Shown here: positions 52,349 to 64,000 of the stretch, piece after piece | Layout of the letters: every line of letters begins with the position of its first letter | Position numbering within the stretch: position 1 is the stretch's first letter | NCBI RefSeq assembly: GCF_006345805.1 | Contig: NC_043010.1 | Span: forward strand, 45,260,001-45,324,000 | Source: Octopus sinensis | Taxonomy: Eukaryota | Direction of reading: 5' to 3' | Length of the DNA: 64,000 nt | Notes under the pieces: model-generated | Database searches by the model: none | The model's input: only the letters and a program-made list of their open reading frames with translations | What the model was told of the DNA's origin: nothing | Translations under genes and position numbers: made by a program

Positions 52349-52384
52349 CTGCCTTCGTTTTTTGCTTATTTTCGTAAACTTTCC

Positions 52385-52424
<40 letters not shown>

Positions 52425-52734
52425 GCATATATGCACACATGTACATACATATGTATGTATAGAGGTATGCATATATGGGTACAAATCGTCACGAAACATG
52501 TATACATGCATACCAGAATAAAGGCATATATTTACACACATATATATACGCATAAACATATTTATATATATTTCATTATATATATATATATATATATTAT
52601 GAAACGAACAAATGTCCTTCCCGATCCACACATACACACTCATGTACGTCATCAACATCATTTTCTAAATAGTTTACCAGAGGAGGGTGTTTCTGGTAGT
52701 AATGACAATTATCCTGAAATTTTGCTGTAGAGAG

Positions 52735-54010
52735 CGCTATCAATTATTTTATCTAACCCAAAAAGGATGAAAGGCAAAGTCGACCGCGGCAGTACTTGAA
52801 CACAAAATGCAAAACGGGATGCCATACTGCAAACCATTCCGTCCTGCGTGCAAACGATTCTGCCAGCTCGCCGCCTTAATAATTCTTTCTGCAAGGCGGC
52901 GAACTGGCAGAAACGTTAGCACGCCGGGCGAAATGCTTAGCAGTCTTTATGTTCAGAGTTCAAATTCAATCAAGGTCGACTTTGCCTTTCAGCCTTTCGG
53001 GATCGATAAAATAAGTACCAGTTGCATACTGGGGTCGATCTAATCGACTGGTCCCCTTCCCCAAAACCTCGGGCCTTGTGCCTAGAGTAGAAAAGAATAA
53101 TTCTTTCTGCTATAGGCACAAGGCCTGAAATTTGCGGGAAGGAGAAGCTAAATTACCTCAATGCCAATACTCAGCTGGTGCTTTTTTTTTATATCAACAC
53201 GAAAGGATAAAAGGCAAAGTTGACCTTATTGGAATTTGTACTCAGAATGTAAAAGTCTGAAGAAATTCCCCGAAGCTTCTTATCCGGCATGCTAACCCCT
53301 TTACCAGCTCGCCGCCCAAGTAATCCTTTTTATTATAGGCACAATACAATTTTTTTTTTGGAAGGGACGATAGGTCGACTACATCGATCCCGGTGCTCAA
53401 CTGGTGTTTATTCCGTCGACCCTGAAAGGATGAAAGGCAAAGTGAACTTCGGCGGAATTTGAACACAGAATGTAAAGCCGGAAGAAATGCCAGCTCGCCG
53501 CCTTAATAATAATTTTTTCAACAATAGACACGAGGCCTGAAATATTGGGGGAGAAGGACTGTCGATTATATCGACCACAATGGTACTTATTTTATCGACC
53601 CCGGAAGAGATGCAAGGCAAAGTAAACCTCGGCGGAATTTGAACTCAGAATGTAAAAACGGACGAAATGCCGCTAAATGTTACCGATTCTGCCAGCTCAC
53701 CATCCCAATAATAATATTTTCTACTATAGGCACAAGGCGGAATTTGAACTCAGAATGTAAAGACAGACGAAATACCTATTTCTTTACTACCCACAAGGGG
53801 CTATACACAGAGGGGACAAACAAGGACAGACAATCGAATTAAGTCGATTACATTGACCCCAGTGCGTAACTGGTACTTAATTTATCGACCCCGAAAGGAT
53901 GAAAGGTAAAGTCGACCTTGGCGGAATTTGAACTCAGAACGTAACGGCAGACGAAATACGGCTACGCATTTCGCCCGGCGTGCTAACGTTTCAGCCAGCT
54001 CGCCGCCTTA
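52735..54010. mobile_element. Dense cluster of about 7 SINE family A copies
   Basis: Repeated gaaaggcaaagt..acc..ggcggaatttgaact; site B junction at about 53776. Confidence 0.88.
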
Positions 54011-54349
54011 TAATTTGAGTTTCTCTCATGGTATCTACAGCAGTATTGTTGGTTCTAACAGAACATCCACGTTTAAATGGGGGTAAATTTTATCTCTTGA
54101 ATAGTGCCTCTATCTCTAATATATACTTATACATCTATGTAAATGTCTTTTACGAGAAAAAGAATGTCTTTCACATTGACGGTGTTTAGCTTGGTTAGTT
54201 AGGTGTAGCTAATATCTTATGCGCCGCAGAATTATTTTACCACGTAACCAAATATCATCTCTAACTATCAAAGCCTGATTGTAAATCATTGGCGATGAAT
54301 AGCAAGTTCAATTTATTCGCCTCCATGCACTTAATCAGATGTATCAAAG

Positions 54350-55750
54350 TAGAATTGCTAAAGCGCCGGGCAAAATACTTTGTTATAATTAGTTTCTCAT
54401 GTTCAAAGTTCAAATGCTGCCGAGGTCAACTTTTTTTTCTTCTGGAATCGATAAAATAAAGTACCAGACAAGTACTGCAGTCAATTTAATATTCTTAAAG
54501 CACCCCAGACGTGAATAGAACCATGATAATAGACTAAAGCTGTAATATATATTTGTATTACATTGGCTTCAAATTTTGACATAAGGTCAGCAATTTCGGG
54601 GGAGGGCGTAAGTCGATTACATCGACTCCAGTGCTGGTGCTTATTCCATCGATTCCGAAAGGATGAAAGGCAAAGTCGACCTCGGCAAAATTTGAACTTA
54701 GCACGTAAATCCAGACGAAATGTCGCTAAGCATTTTGTCCAGTGTGCTAACGATTCTGCCGATTCGCTGCCCTATTGGTGAGTATTATATTGATTTCAAA
54801 TTTTGGCATAAGGCCAGCAGTTTCGGGGGAGAGGTAGATCGAATACATCGATCCAAGTGCTCAACTGGTACTTATTTTATCGACCCCGAGAGGATGAAAG
54901 GTAAAATTGACCACGGTGGAATTTGAACTCAGAACGTAAAGATGGACGAAATGCTGCTAAGCATTTTGCCAGGTGCGGTAACGATTCTGCCAGCTCACTG
55001 CCTTATTGGTGAATATTATATTACAAACCACAGAAAGGCAGCAAACCAGCAGAAGCGATACTGCGTCTGGTATAATGCTTTGCGGCATCACCCGGTTCTT
55101 TACTTCCCGAGTTCAAATGTCGACGAAGTTGACTCTGCCTTTAATACTTTCGGAATCGGTAAAATAAGGACCAGTTGAGCACTAGAGATCGATACAATCG
55201 ACTTATTCCCACCATCCATAAAATTCTTGGCCTTTGCCAAAAATTTGAAAAAATATTACAAACCACAGAGGAGAAATGTACACCTGTTAAATTTGAAATT
55301 AGAATGGTAGGGATTAACAAGTGTAAGTCATTTAGTCTAGCATTTCTGATATATTTCCATGTCACACACCATTAATACTGGTTTGTTTTGACATTGCACA
55401 AAATAATTATAGTTCATGTGAAGGATATAGTGTGATGCGATATTGAGATCTTTTTCTGTCTCATTATAAGCACAGTAAAGGTTTCTCATTTTGACGCAAT
55501 ACTAACAAATTTGGCGAGAGGGTTTAGTTGATATCATCGACGCCAGTACTTGATTAGTACTTTATTTTATTGATTATGAAAGGATAAAAGGCAAGTTTGG
55601 CTTCGACAAAATTTGAACTCAGAAATATCCCTCGTGATCAACTATGCCTTTCTTCCAAGTAAACTACCAATCAAGCTCTGGCGTCGATGTCATCGGCTAA
55701 CCCCTTTCCCAATAAATTGTTGGCCTTTTGCTTAAATTAGAAGCCATTAT
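54350..55750. mobile_element. Cluster of older SINE family A copies
   Basis: Diverged copies at about 54350-54480, 54565-54770, 54795-55005, 55035-55250 and 55500-55740. Confidence 0.7.
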
Positions 55751-56824
55751 TGGTGTAGGTGAAATGAAACAGCTTCCTTTCAAGAACTGGTATGATTTGC
55801 CAAGAGCTTGCCCCTTGCTCTGCAGTGTTCTCCACTTTAATATTGAACAATTATGAGGTCACTGTAAAAAAAAATGAATTTTTTTCTTTGGAACATTCGT
55901 TATTAGAATGATTTTAATCTCGCTATTTCGAGACAAGCATTATATTATTTTCTTTTAAATACTAAAGTTTCCACATTTGCATAAATTAAGAAAAGGATTA
56001 TTCTGCTTTAATCAATATTTGAATTGAAAGAAAAGGAAAAAATTATTCTCATTAAAAAAAATTAACAATAGTTTTAAAGTTTTGCATAGAAAGTAACGTT
56101 TTTTACAGTTGTTATTTTCCAATTTTTTAAAAATAGGTTTGTCGGAAATCTAATTAAAATTGTAGTCATTATTACAATGTTCAGATACGGGGGTATAAAA
56201 ATAAAGAGCAATATCAAGAGATAGTGAAGTAACAGTCATTTTATAAGCCTTTTATCTTAAAAAAAAACTGCAAATTGTGGAGAAACTGTCAATGCTAGAG
56301 TCGTGTTCTTTCCACTAAGTACTGTTTTTCACTAGGGAGAGGATACAGACATTTATATCGACTCAACTTATCAATATATTACTAGTACTTAATTTATTTC
56401 TTCAGAGATACACAATATGGTTTGAATTTAGAGCTGAGAGAAGAGAAAGAATACAGTAAAACAATCTATCCGCTGCGCCTCAACTGTTTTCCCTCTACCG
56501 CTTTAAACAGAGATGAAAATTTCGATTGGTGCTTTTTTAATATTTTATTTTATTTTATTTTTACTTGTTTCAGGCATTCGACTGCGGCCATGCTGGAGCA
56601 CCGCCTTCAAGAATTTTTTTTAAACGAATGAATCGACCTCAGTACTTTTTTAAGCCTGGCTCTTATTTTATCGAATCCTTTTGCCGAGCCGCTATGTTTC
56701 GGGGACGTAAAGACACCAACATCAGTTGTCAAGCAGTGGTAGGGACGAAACAGACACAACCACACTCACACACACACTGGACTTTTCCCTTCTCCAGACC
56801 TTTCCTTTCTCCGCTTTCTGACGA

Positions 56825-56925
56825 AAAGGACCGCTTGCATACCACACTCGGAGTGACGTGCTTAGTAGTGCAGCTACCACACTGCGATCTATTAAGTCTC
56901 TTCTCCACCCGAACGGCACGATCCG
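56825..56925 (+). rRNA. Probable 28S rRNA 3'-terminal fragment (non-functional) followed by GC-rich 3'ETS-like DNA
   Basis: cgtgcttagtagtgcagctaccacactgcgatctattaagtc resembles the metazoan 28S end (GTAGCAGAGCAGCT...CTGCGATCTATTGAAAGTC, recalled from memory); abrupt GC-rich island to about 57208. Confidence 0.6.
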
Positions 56926-57208
56926 CCCCTTCGAGGCGGAAAGGTGGGTGACTGGTGCAAAAGATGGCATACGAAAAGCGAGCAAACGGAGGCGGAGGCC
57001 GCGGCACGATCGTTCACTCTTCTCACTCGTCCTTCCTTCCTTCCTTCCTTCCTTGCCCGCGTCCGCCGGGGGCCTAGCGCCTCCGGCCGTCGCGGCCGTT
57101 GGCTTCGGCAGTCGCGCACTGTTCCGCTGCCGACGCCTATTTCTCCTCGCGCGCAGTTTCTTCACGAAACTGCCGAACAAGTCGCGGCCGGGGCCCCTCG
57201 TCCGAGTA

Positions 57209-57336
57209 CTAGGTTATATTGAAAGGACGGGTGTCATTCTCTTTTAATTCCCAGGCATGCTTGGCAAGACTAGTTGCTGTCCTATTCCCGGGATATCGGA
57301 AATAATTTCGGTGGGAATAAAACCGAGTCTTGGATG
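57209..57336 (-). pseudogene. Penelope-like GIY-YIG endonuclease fragment
   Basis: KTRFYSHRNYFRYPGNRTATSLAKHAWELKE resembles FKxRxxxHxxSF...TxLSxHIWxLK. Confidence 0.7.
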
Positions 57337-58436
57337 AATATATATAGATATATATGCCACGGGCTTCTTTCAGTTTCTGTCTACCAAGCACACTCACAAG
57401 GCTTTGGTTGGACCGAGGCTATAGTAGAACACACTTGTCCAAGGGAACCGTACCCGGAACCATGTGGTTGGGAAGCAAGCTTCTTACAACACAACCACGC
57501 CTGTGTCTATTTTTTTATTTTATTATTTTTTAGCAGTTTTAAAATTCCAGTCGGATAAAAATTAGATATTTTTTTAGAAAGCAAAACACTGCGAAATGGA
57601 ATCTCAAATCGGAATTTGAACTGCTTTTCAAAATGAATAGTAATTGAAATCAATTTATCTAGTTTCTAATTCGAATTCCAGTTTTACTGAGTTTTCAAAT
57701 TTCGAAATTGGATTTCACTTATTAAAACTTATTAACATGCAATTAAAAACAGTTTGTCTTATATTTTCCTGTATTTCATCCATCCCTTTTTACCCTTCTG
57801 TCTCCAAGCAATTATTCGAGTTCTTAATTATCATGGAACACTATCACTTGAGTGAATTTAATAATGATATGATTGCAATTGGAAAAAGCAACCAAGACTT
57901 CAAAATCAAAAAGAAAATGTTTATTCAATTGATAACGAATGGATAGACAGTGGATAATATCGTACAACGTTCATATATGTCTTAAGGCCATTTGTAAATG
58001 TAACTATTCTTAATCGGATCGTAACGACATCGCTGATTTTCTTGAGGTGCTTTACCACACCGTTTTTGTCTTGCCTCAACCTGTTTCACAAACTCACACG
58101 CAGAGCTAAAACAACTTGACTGAAATTGGAATTACTTTGCTCAAAAGCATAATGGGATGTCAAAACAAAGATTTGAAACTCAGACAGTTCAACCGAGAAA
58201 GCGACATTGATTAGATTATAGCCATTGAGGCTCTTCCGAGAAATCAAAAGGTACAACGATCTTGTATAAAGAACCAATTTTCGTAAAACATTGAAACGCT
58301 GACGAAAAAAAAAAAGAAAAAATACATAATCAACACAGATTAATGTGAATACATTTGGTCAGAAACATACATTTAAAAACAAGTAGTCGAGAGAACAAAT
58401 ACCAAAACATTTTTAGAGAGAGGGAGTACAATAGTC

Positions 58437-58561
58437 ATATATATATAGATATATATATAATATATATATATATATATTATTATGTAATATATGTATATAT
58501 ATGTATATATGTATATATGTATATATATGTATATAGTATATATGTTAATATGTATATATAG

Positions 58562-58595
<34 letters not shown>

Positions 58596-58661
58596 ATATA
58601 TATGTATAGAATATATATATATATATATAGATGTAGATATATATATGTATATATATATATG

Positions 58662-58692
<31 letters not shown>

Positions 58693-58815
58693 GTATATAT
58701 ATATATGTATCTATATATATAATGTATATATATATATGTATATATATATATATGTATATGTATATATATATATAATATATATATATGTTATATATATATA
58801 TATATTATATATATG

Positions 58816-58894
<79 letters not shown>

Positions 58895-58895
58895 G

Positions 58896-58991
<96 letters not shown>

Positions 58992-58995
58992 TGTA
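58437..58995. repeat. Long interrupted (TA)n/(TATG)n tract
   Basis: Direct reading. Confidence 0.95.
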
Positions 58996-59167
58996 TAATT
59001 GGAATTTACAGAAAAACAAAAGGCGAAGACAACAAACAAGTGTATTAGCTTAACGCTCAGGGACGTGAGAAAGTCTTTTACGTTTCGAGTCTAGGCTCTT
59101 CAACAGAAAGGAACACGATAAAATAAAGAGAGGGAGAATAAAAAAAGCTTTAGGGGCTACAGATCAA

Positions 59168-59552
59168 TCATGGCAGCTGGCCGATGTACAGAGAAGGACA
59201 GAAAGAGCAGGAGGTGCAGTAAATGACGTTGCTAGAAGCGCATGTAAAGGAGTCGGTGATATGATAGGGACGATAATGGGTGCCTGTGAGGAGGGTGGTA
59301 TTCAAGAGGGAGGAGCAACTGCGGCAGCGGGGGCGGGAGCAGGAGAACGAGCCAGGCTGAGAGGTGGGATTAAGGAAGAAACTGTGAACCCAGAGGTCAC
59401 GTCGGTTGTGGGCTTGTTTGAAGGAGAGGAGGGGTAGGTTGTGGAAGATGTGCGAAGTGGAAGGGTCGAACAGGAGTCGCCAGAAGGCTCGGAGAATGGT
59501 GCGTTGGAGAGGCACGGTGGAGGAGTGGTAGGTGAGGGGAAACGGGAGACGG
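59168..59552 (-). pseudogene. Penelope-like (Neptune-type) linker zinc finger + GIY-YIG start
   Basis: PLTYH...PLLSFK..NRRDLWVH...CSRPRCRSC...FTCASSNVIYCTSCSFCPSLYIGQ. Confidence 0.88.
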
Positions 59553-60056
59553 GTAACTTTCATCTATTCGTAGCTACCATGATCGTTAAAATAGATGCCA
59601 GTGTAGAAAGTTATAATAAACCTTTATCGGCGGTAACATGACATCACGGTCATATTGGCCGAATAGGTATAATTGTTAGTTTCCCATTGGTTAAAATTAC
59701 CGCCCATATTTGAATTCTAACTTTCGTTAAAGAGAAATCTTTCACGAAATACGGTTCTTAAAATTCAGGTATGAGCAGTTATAAAACTCCCCGAAATTGC
59801 TGGCCTTGTGCCAAAATTTGAAGCTATTAATTACTCAGTACAATATTGAACAGTGTACTAGTTCACAATACCTTCAGACAGAAAGAGAAAGTTAATTGCT
59901 TTCCGCTTAGTCACAGTTATGATTACGACAGAAAACAAACTGCCGCTCTTTTAGGCAATTATGTGACACCTTTAGAAGCAATGACCTGCACATCTTCGAG
60001 ACCATTTTGACATCATCTGCGAAAATCTCTTCTGAAAACGAATCTAGATTTATTTT

Positions 60057-60460
60057 AGGAGTGGCTGTGTGGTAAGTAGCTTGCTTACGAATCACAAGGT
60101 TCCGGATTCAGTCCCACTGCGTGGCACCTTGGGCAAGTGTCTTCTACTATAGCCTCCGGCCGAATAAAGCCTTGTGAGTAAATTTGGTAGACGGAAACTG
60201 AAAGAAGCCAGTCGTATATATGTATATATATATATGTATATGTATGTGTATATGTTTGTGTGTCTGTGTTTGTCCCCGCAACATCGCTTGACAATCGATG
60301 CTGGTGTGTTTAGGTCCCCGTAACTAAGCGGTTCGGCAAAAGAGACCGATAGAATAAGTACAAGGCTTACAAAGAATAAGTCGTGGGGTCGATTTGCTCG
60401 ACTAAAGGCGGTGTTCCAGCATAGCCGCAGTCACATGACTGAAACCAGTAAAAGAATAAA
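60057..60460 (+). mobile_element. SINE family B, full length
   Basis: Matches 31685-32080. Confidence 0.92.
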
Positions 60461-61419
60461 ACAATAAAAGAATACTAACGTCACGGTGTCTCGTAATTTT
60501 CGTTGATGTGCTTTTTCAATGTAGACATGGGAACTAAGATTTAGGATCGTGAAAGAAATGAAAGTGTTGAGTATTTCCCACTGATATTCCAAGAACATTA
60601 ACATTCAAACCCAAGAGCATTGACAGTGAAGAGGTTTGAAAACCGAAGTTGAGTCAAAAAATTTGTTCAGCAAGGGTTTTCCTATTATCAATGGGTGTTA
60701 TAATTGTCAAAAAAATGCTAGGTTACACACAGGATTGAGTCTCTCCACAAACACAACGAAACAACTACCACGAGTTTGAACATGTGGCCTTCTGTTTGAT
60801 ATGATGGGAATTAATTCTGTATGGGAAACCACAAAACCAGCTAAAGCTTCAAGGATGTTGTAATTAAACAAAGAATGAAGATGAAAAAAAAAAAAAGACA
60901 TGGAGTAAATGATGGAAATTTCAGTCTTCTATCCTCTTAATGTCCTTTGGTTGATTAGAATTATTTGAAATCCTCTTAAAGGCTTTAGATAATGAAATTA
61001 ATTTTTAAATTTTAAGATTTGAAAATATCTGCTGAAATATTAAAAGAAAAAATCATTCACAAGAATCATTCTGAGGAAACAAAATAATTAGAAGATCCCA
61101 TGGCCAAGTACTGCGCAACCAAATAAAATGTTTAAGTGAAGAAAGAAAAGTAATTTGACCTTCAAGCAATTTTTAAAGACTGGTTTAGAGGAATTTAAAG
61201 CAAAATTAGAATTATAAAAATAGCATAAAGAAAAGAAAAAAAAGAAAAGCCACATCGATGGTGAATTTTAAATTTGGTTGACTTCTATGACAATTATATT
61301 TTATATCAGCGACTGTAATCGACTAGTACCCTCCCCCAACATTTCAGGCTTTGTGCCTTTATAGAAAGGATTATTATTATTATTACAATTGTTATTATTA
61401 TTATTATTACTGTTATTAC

Positions 61420-61440
<21 letters not shown>

Positions 61441-61453
<13 letters not shown>

Positions 61454-61680
61454 GTTGTTGTTGTTTAGGTGGGAGCTGGCAGAATCGTTAGTACACCAGA
61501 CAAAATGCTTTGCGGCATTTCGTCCGTCGCTACGACCTGAGTTCAAATTCCACCGAGGTCTACTGTGCCTTTCATCCTTTCGGGGTCGATTAAATAAGTA
61601 CTAGTTGAACACTGGGGTCGATGTAATCGACTCATCCCCTTCCTTAAAAAAACTGCTGCCCTTGTGGCAAAATTTGAAAC

Positions 61681-61715
<35 letters not shown>

Positions 61716-61958
61716 TATTATTATTATTGTTGTTGTTGTTGTTTAGGTGGGAGCTGGCAGAATCGTTAGTACACCAGACAAAATGCTTTGCGGCATTTCG
61801 TCCGTCGCTACGACCTGAGTTCAAATTCCACCGAGGTCTACTGTGCCTTTCATCCTTTCGGGGTCGATTAAATAAGTACTAGTTGAACACTGGGGTCGAT
61901 GTAATCGACTCATCCCCTTCCTTAAAAAAACTGCTGCCCTTGTGGCAAAATTTGAAAC

Positions 61959-61990
<32 letters not shown>
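61441..61990 (+). repeat. Tandem duplication, 278-bp period, of a family A SINE between (ATT)n tracts
   Basis: Identical diagnostic variants at offset 278. Confidence 0.93.
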
Positions 61991-61991
<1 letters not shown>

Positions 61992-61997
61992 TAATAT

Positions 61998-62510
61998 TAA
62001 GGCGGCAAGCTGGAAGTGGGGTTAGCGCGATGGACGTAATGCTTAGCGGTATTTCGCCCGTCGCTACGACCTGAGTTCAAATTCCACCGAGGTCTACTAT
62101 GCCTTTCATCCTTTCGGGGTCGATTAAATAAGTACCAGTTACGCACTGGGGTCGATATAATCGACTTAATCCGTTTGTCTGTCCTTGTTTGTCCTCTCTG
62201 TGTTTATTTTTCATTCTTTCGGGGTCGATAGAAGAAGTACCAGTTGAACACTGGGGTCGGTGTAATCGATTCATCCCCTCCCCACCAAAGAAACTGCTGC
62301 CCATGTTGCAAAATTTGAAACTTTTACTATTACTATTGACGGAATCGTTAGCAGAAACGTTAGTAGAATCGTTGGCAGCATTTCGCTTGTCTCTATACCC
62401 TGAGTTCAAATTGCACTGTGGTCGACCTTGCCTATCATCCCTTCCTGGGTCGATAAGCATTTGAGCACTGGGGTTGATGTAATATATATATATCTTGTTC
62501 CAAAATTTGA
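61998..62510 (+). mobile_element. Further SINE family A copies and fragments
   Basis: Head, core and both tail types present. Confidence 0.75.
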
Positions 62511-62903
62511 TACGATTATTGTTCTTATTTTTATGAATTTTCTGGTTACGACTTTTTCCTGCTGTTATTACGACTGTCTATACATGCTTTTTTTCTTCTT
62601 TCCGCACTGCTTCTTCCATTGATGTGGTCTTTCTTATCTGAAGAAGCGGTTGATACTGTGAAGAAAATCCAAAGTAACAGGTCACTGATGCAGCTGAAAT
62701 AAACTACATACATACATACATACATACATACATACATACATACATACATACAAACGTACGTACATACGTACATACATACATATAGCACCGTCAACATCGG
62801 ACGTGCAGGTGTAGGGGACTGTTTTAAAAGTTCGTTTTGAACGCCTTCCCTGGAAATATGCCGACTTCTCCAGCCTAAATCGGTAACTGGTTTATTTCTC
62901 CAA

Positions 62904-63294
62904 TCTCTCTATATATAAAGCTGAAGTTGTCTGTGTATGGCAGGTTTGGTAACCTTCAACTAACACTATCTCCTCCGAGACCCTACGGTGCAAGTTGACC
63001 AAAATTGAGAGTATGATAGAAGAAGGCTTGCTCTTCCTTCCCTAGAAGAAAAAATTCAAATCGGACCATGTTAACACCAAAAATTATTTACATCAAAAAG
63101 GTACTTTTTTTCTATGAAAACCCTATTTCTTACGATTTTCTGACTGCTGTGTCGCCATTTTTCGGTGTATTTCAACAAGAAAAATGTTCACTTAAAGAGA
63201 ATAACAAGCTACATAATGCAAAAGTTTTACTTGTCAAAAATTCCAATTCTAAAGGGTCGAAACAAACCCGAGCAACGCTGGGTGATACTGCTAG
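62904..63294 (+). mobile_element. Non-autonomous Helitron
   Basis: A|TC start; aaacccgagcaacgctgggtgatactgCTAG|T, nearly identical to the 3' end at 29877. Confidence 0.85.
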
Positions 63295-63479
63295 TAATTA
63301 ATAAGGGAAACACTTTTTACTCATCAACGGAGGGTTACCCTGAACAGATTTTGAAATTATACATTTACACCGCGTGAAATCTCGCTAACACGATTTTGGC
63401 TGAAACTAACACCACCACAGATGAAACTAAGAACGTCACCACCGATGAAAACAGAACTATTTCACCAGTAAGCTATTTA

Positions 63480-64000
63480 AGAAGACGTAAGTACTCTTCT
63501 CGTTTTACTTGGACTCAACAGTTAAATCAAGATTTACTTCGATGCTATGAAAAAAACCCGAGATGACCCTTCAATCGGATACATGAAGCGGTTAAAAGAA
63601 TACTGGGACGAAGATCGATCCAACTTAAATACCTTCACAGCAAAACAGCTCCGACGACAAGCATCTTTTGTAAAAAAAAAAAAAAAATCAACTGGTTTTC
63701 ATCCTCCCAAAATACGAAGAATGGACCAAAATCTGCGGCGTAAAAAATAATGTAAATAAACCACTCAAAAATATTTTAAATTACAATTTGTAAAAAATTT
63801 TGCTACTTTCTCGAAACTTTTGTTGGCGCAACAGACCATTACCAACTAGAGTGAGAAAAAATCCGACCGATCTAGTGTTTAAGGTTATCAACTATGTCGC
63901 TGGAGAACACATGGAATTACGTGGTGTTAATTACTGGAATATAAATACTCTTATATACACAGCCACTATTACTCTTAAAGAACACCTAGGAGAAATCTAG
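63480..64000 (+). pseudogene. R4/Dong-like non-LTR retrotransposon N-terminal region, runs off the window
   Basis: RFTWTQQLNQDLLRCYEK...GYMKRLKEYWDE...TAKQLRRQA and YWNINTLIYTA resemble the R4/Dong N-terminus as I recall it; frameshifted. Confidence 0.6.

Larger units (their letters stand above)
56560..57502 (-). mobile_element. SINE family B split at its central microsatellite
   Basis: 3' half at 56560-56776, 5' half at about 57337-57502. Confidence 0.8.

Noticed and set aside
56722-57247. GC-rich ORFs as a real gene or CpG-island promoter
   Set aside because: Overlapping low-complexity ORFs on both strands; better explained as an rDNA-like insert within a SINE

Overview
AT-rich, microsatellite-dense eukaryotic DNA with no host protein-coding exon that I can support. 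The mix of tRNA-headed SINEs, Penelope-like remnants and RTE LINEs suggests an octopus (cephalopod) intergenic or intronic region; this is an inference. Nearly all ORFs in the track are microsatellite or SINE translation artefacts. Real coding remnants are: a full-length decayed mariner (14896-16150), a full-length decayed Tx1/L1-clade LINE (38972-44121), RTE fragments, Penelope GIY-YIG fragments, a hAT remnant and an R4/Dong-like N-terminus. Non-autonomous Helitrons, two Merlin-like MITEs and a probable 28S rRNA 3'-end fragment are also present. Best candidate for a novel system: the Tx1 LINE sits inside the head of a Meta-domain SINE with a 13-bp TSD. It shares about 45 bp of 3' tail with the young subfamily of that same SINE. 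SINE copies carrying this tail insert repeatedly into other SINE heads at two fixed positions, one of them the LINE's own site. This suggests a self-targeting LINE/SINE pair that builds SINE arrays. All alignments were made by eye, and coordinates of degenerate repeats are approximate.
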